A stretch of DNA of 63,879 nt, counting the filler, from Phoronis australis (lineage: Eukaryota > Animalia > Phoronida): assembly GCA_002633005.1 (NCBI GenBank). It is 5 parts of 5 records of this genome, joined end to end, with 100 filler letters (N's around TTAATTAATTAA, not from the genome) between each part and the next. Parts side by side here need not be neighbours in the genome. Positions count along the whole stretch, not along the records: positions 59,622 to 62,758 come from NMRA01003198.1; positions 62,859 to 63,879 come from NMRA01001875.1; 3 more parts are not named here. One strand, given 5' to 3'. The translations under genes and the position numbers were made by a program. A model generated the notes under the pieces. The model worked only from the letters and a program-made list of their open reading frames with translations. It did not search any database and had not been told where the DNA came from. How positions within the stretch are numbered: position 1 is the stretch's first letter; every line of letters begins with the position of its first letter. This document shows positions 62,291 to 63,879 of this stretch, piece by piece.

Positions 62291-62758
62291 CCTGGAGTCG
62301 ACAGTTGCCTTATTATAATGGACACGGCATTACGAAGTATTAATTTTTCATTTTTTCCGGAGCAGAGTTTCTACACACTTGGAATCAATTATTTTGCGAC
62401 AGTGCTAAAAATGGACTTCATTAAAAACCTCATGAGGTGCCATTACAGTGTTTCCCCTGGGTTTTGCAAGGAGCGTGGTGGTGAATGGCCAAAACGGGGT
62501 GCAAAGCCGCAGAAAATTAGATGTAATTGGGTGCAGTTTGCTCATCATAGACAACATAGACAAGACCTTAACTCGAGCATCATCTAGTGGAAGTATCTGG
62601 GTAAAGAACACTTCACAAGACAATTTGGCAATGAAGTGTCCGGCATAGCGTGATCTCTGTTGCACTTGAGTAAAAAAAACAGTGTAGCCGCGTCTGGCTA
62701 CAGGGATAAATTAAAAGAAGCCGTTTGCATAACGCACTTTATTATTTAGTTGCAAGCG

Positions 62759-62858
62759 NNNNNNNNNNNNNNNNNNNNNNNNNNNNNNNNNNNNNNNNNN
62801 NNTTAATTAATTAANNNNNNNNNNNNNNNNNNNNNNNNNNNNNNNNNNNNNNNNNNNN
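62759..62858. other. Artificial scaffold spacer
   Basis: 44N-TTAATTAATTAA-44N. Confidence 0.97.
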
Positions 62859-63282
62859 TAGGATTTGCATCAACTGACTTGGATTGTAAAGAGTGAAGTT
62901 TAATTACTCGAATCCTTCAGCCTCACAGTGTTTTGGATTTTTGTTTATCATGGTTGTCTATTCTAGTTTTAGGAGAAACATCTTTATGGTACACAGTCGC
63001 TATGGAAACAGTTATGCATGTCCACTTTCATACTTAACTGATTTTGGCCCTGTTTGCATCGATGAATCAGTGTTTTCATGCACATTCCACGTTACTTATT
63101 GTGCTAAAATGTTGATAGGATCAAGGTGGCTCACATGTTGAGATCACTTAGGAACACACAGCTACCGTAAGCTTGAAACGCACGCGTCCAAAAGATGGCA
63201 TCTTTATTTCTTATGACGTTATGACTCAAGTGACACAGTTAGTTTTAAAGTGGAATCAATCAGTTGAATAGCATCGTGTACA

Positions 63283-63679
63283 AATGACAATGCTCCAATT
63301 GAAATGACTTGATATGTTTTATAGAACGATTGTCAAGTAATAAGAATCCTAAAACTATCACTTGTGGGGCAGCACAGGTTAGAATAATTCGAAAATAGGC
63401 TTAATTTGACATCGTTTCTTGATTAAAGCAATCTAGTTATATGGTGACGATAGCGGTCGAGGTCAATCATTTTAGGTAATTTAACTACAGCTAGATGGCC
63501 CCTTGATTGTTGTCAGTTTCTATAACTAGATTGCTTTAATCAAGAAACGATGTCAAATTAAGCCTATTTTCGAATTATTCTAACCTGTGCTGCCCCACAA
63601 GTGATAGTTTTAGGATTCTTATTACTTGACAATCGTTCTATAAAACATATCAAGTCATTTCAATTGGAGCATTGTCATT
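63283..63679. repeat. Perfect inverted repeat: 159-bp arms (63283-63441 and 63521-63679) with a 79-bp spacer
   Basis: The arms read as exact reverse complements by manual comparison. Confidence 0.93.
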
Positions 63680-63879
63680 CATAGAAACATATTTGCAAAA
63701 ATTAATGTAGCCCCTTTACGAGATACATACAGCCCGTAGCTAAGGATTGTAAAATATGCGATGGTGTTTTAATTTCCTTAGTCCGACAGCAAGCCGATGG
63801 AAAATATTTTTTAAAATCACCAGCATGAAGTGGTCGAATCCTTCCGAAAATTGTTGCCAGCGCGTGCTGAGAGATATGC

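Overview
This is eukaryotic, AT-rich, intron-rich and transposon-dense DNA from an invertebrate-like metazoan. It is a draft assembly of five blocks separated by 100-nt artificial spacers (44N-TTAATTAATTAA-44N), so adjacency between blocks is unverified. Host genes: (1) a minus-strand PARP4/vault-PARP gene, reconstructed exon by exon from the start codon (BRCT, WGR-like, helical and H-Y-E catalytic domains), which continues off the left edge and has one GC-AG intron and a 1.6-kb tandem duplication that is probably an assembly artefact; (2) the large terminal exon of an MDM2/MDM4-family gene (RanBP2-type zinc finger plus C2H2C4 RING); (3) the first coding exon of a PLAC8/cornifelin-family gene; (4) the first coding exon of PSMC6/Rpt4. 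Most of the remaining recognisable sequence is mobile DNA: a rearranged DIRS relic, L1/Tx1 and CR1/L2 fragments, an Academ element with both TAG termini and a TCA target duplication whose left TIR is split by a second element, a TA-flanked 6.7-kb TIR element carrying a spliced BEN-domain gene nested in a piggyBac-like element, SAP/SWIM and THAP relics, Helentron-like elements (one with eight co-oriented CTCF-like motifs at about 146-bp spacing), MITEs, foldbacks and a perfect 159-bp inverted repeat. No CRISPR array, rRNA or intact tRNA was found. I cannot demonstrate a new biological system. The best candidates for follow-up are the BEN-carrying TIR element and the periodic CTCF-like array. 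All family assignments come from motif recognition by eye, not database searches.
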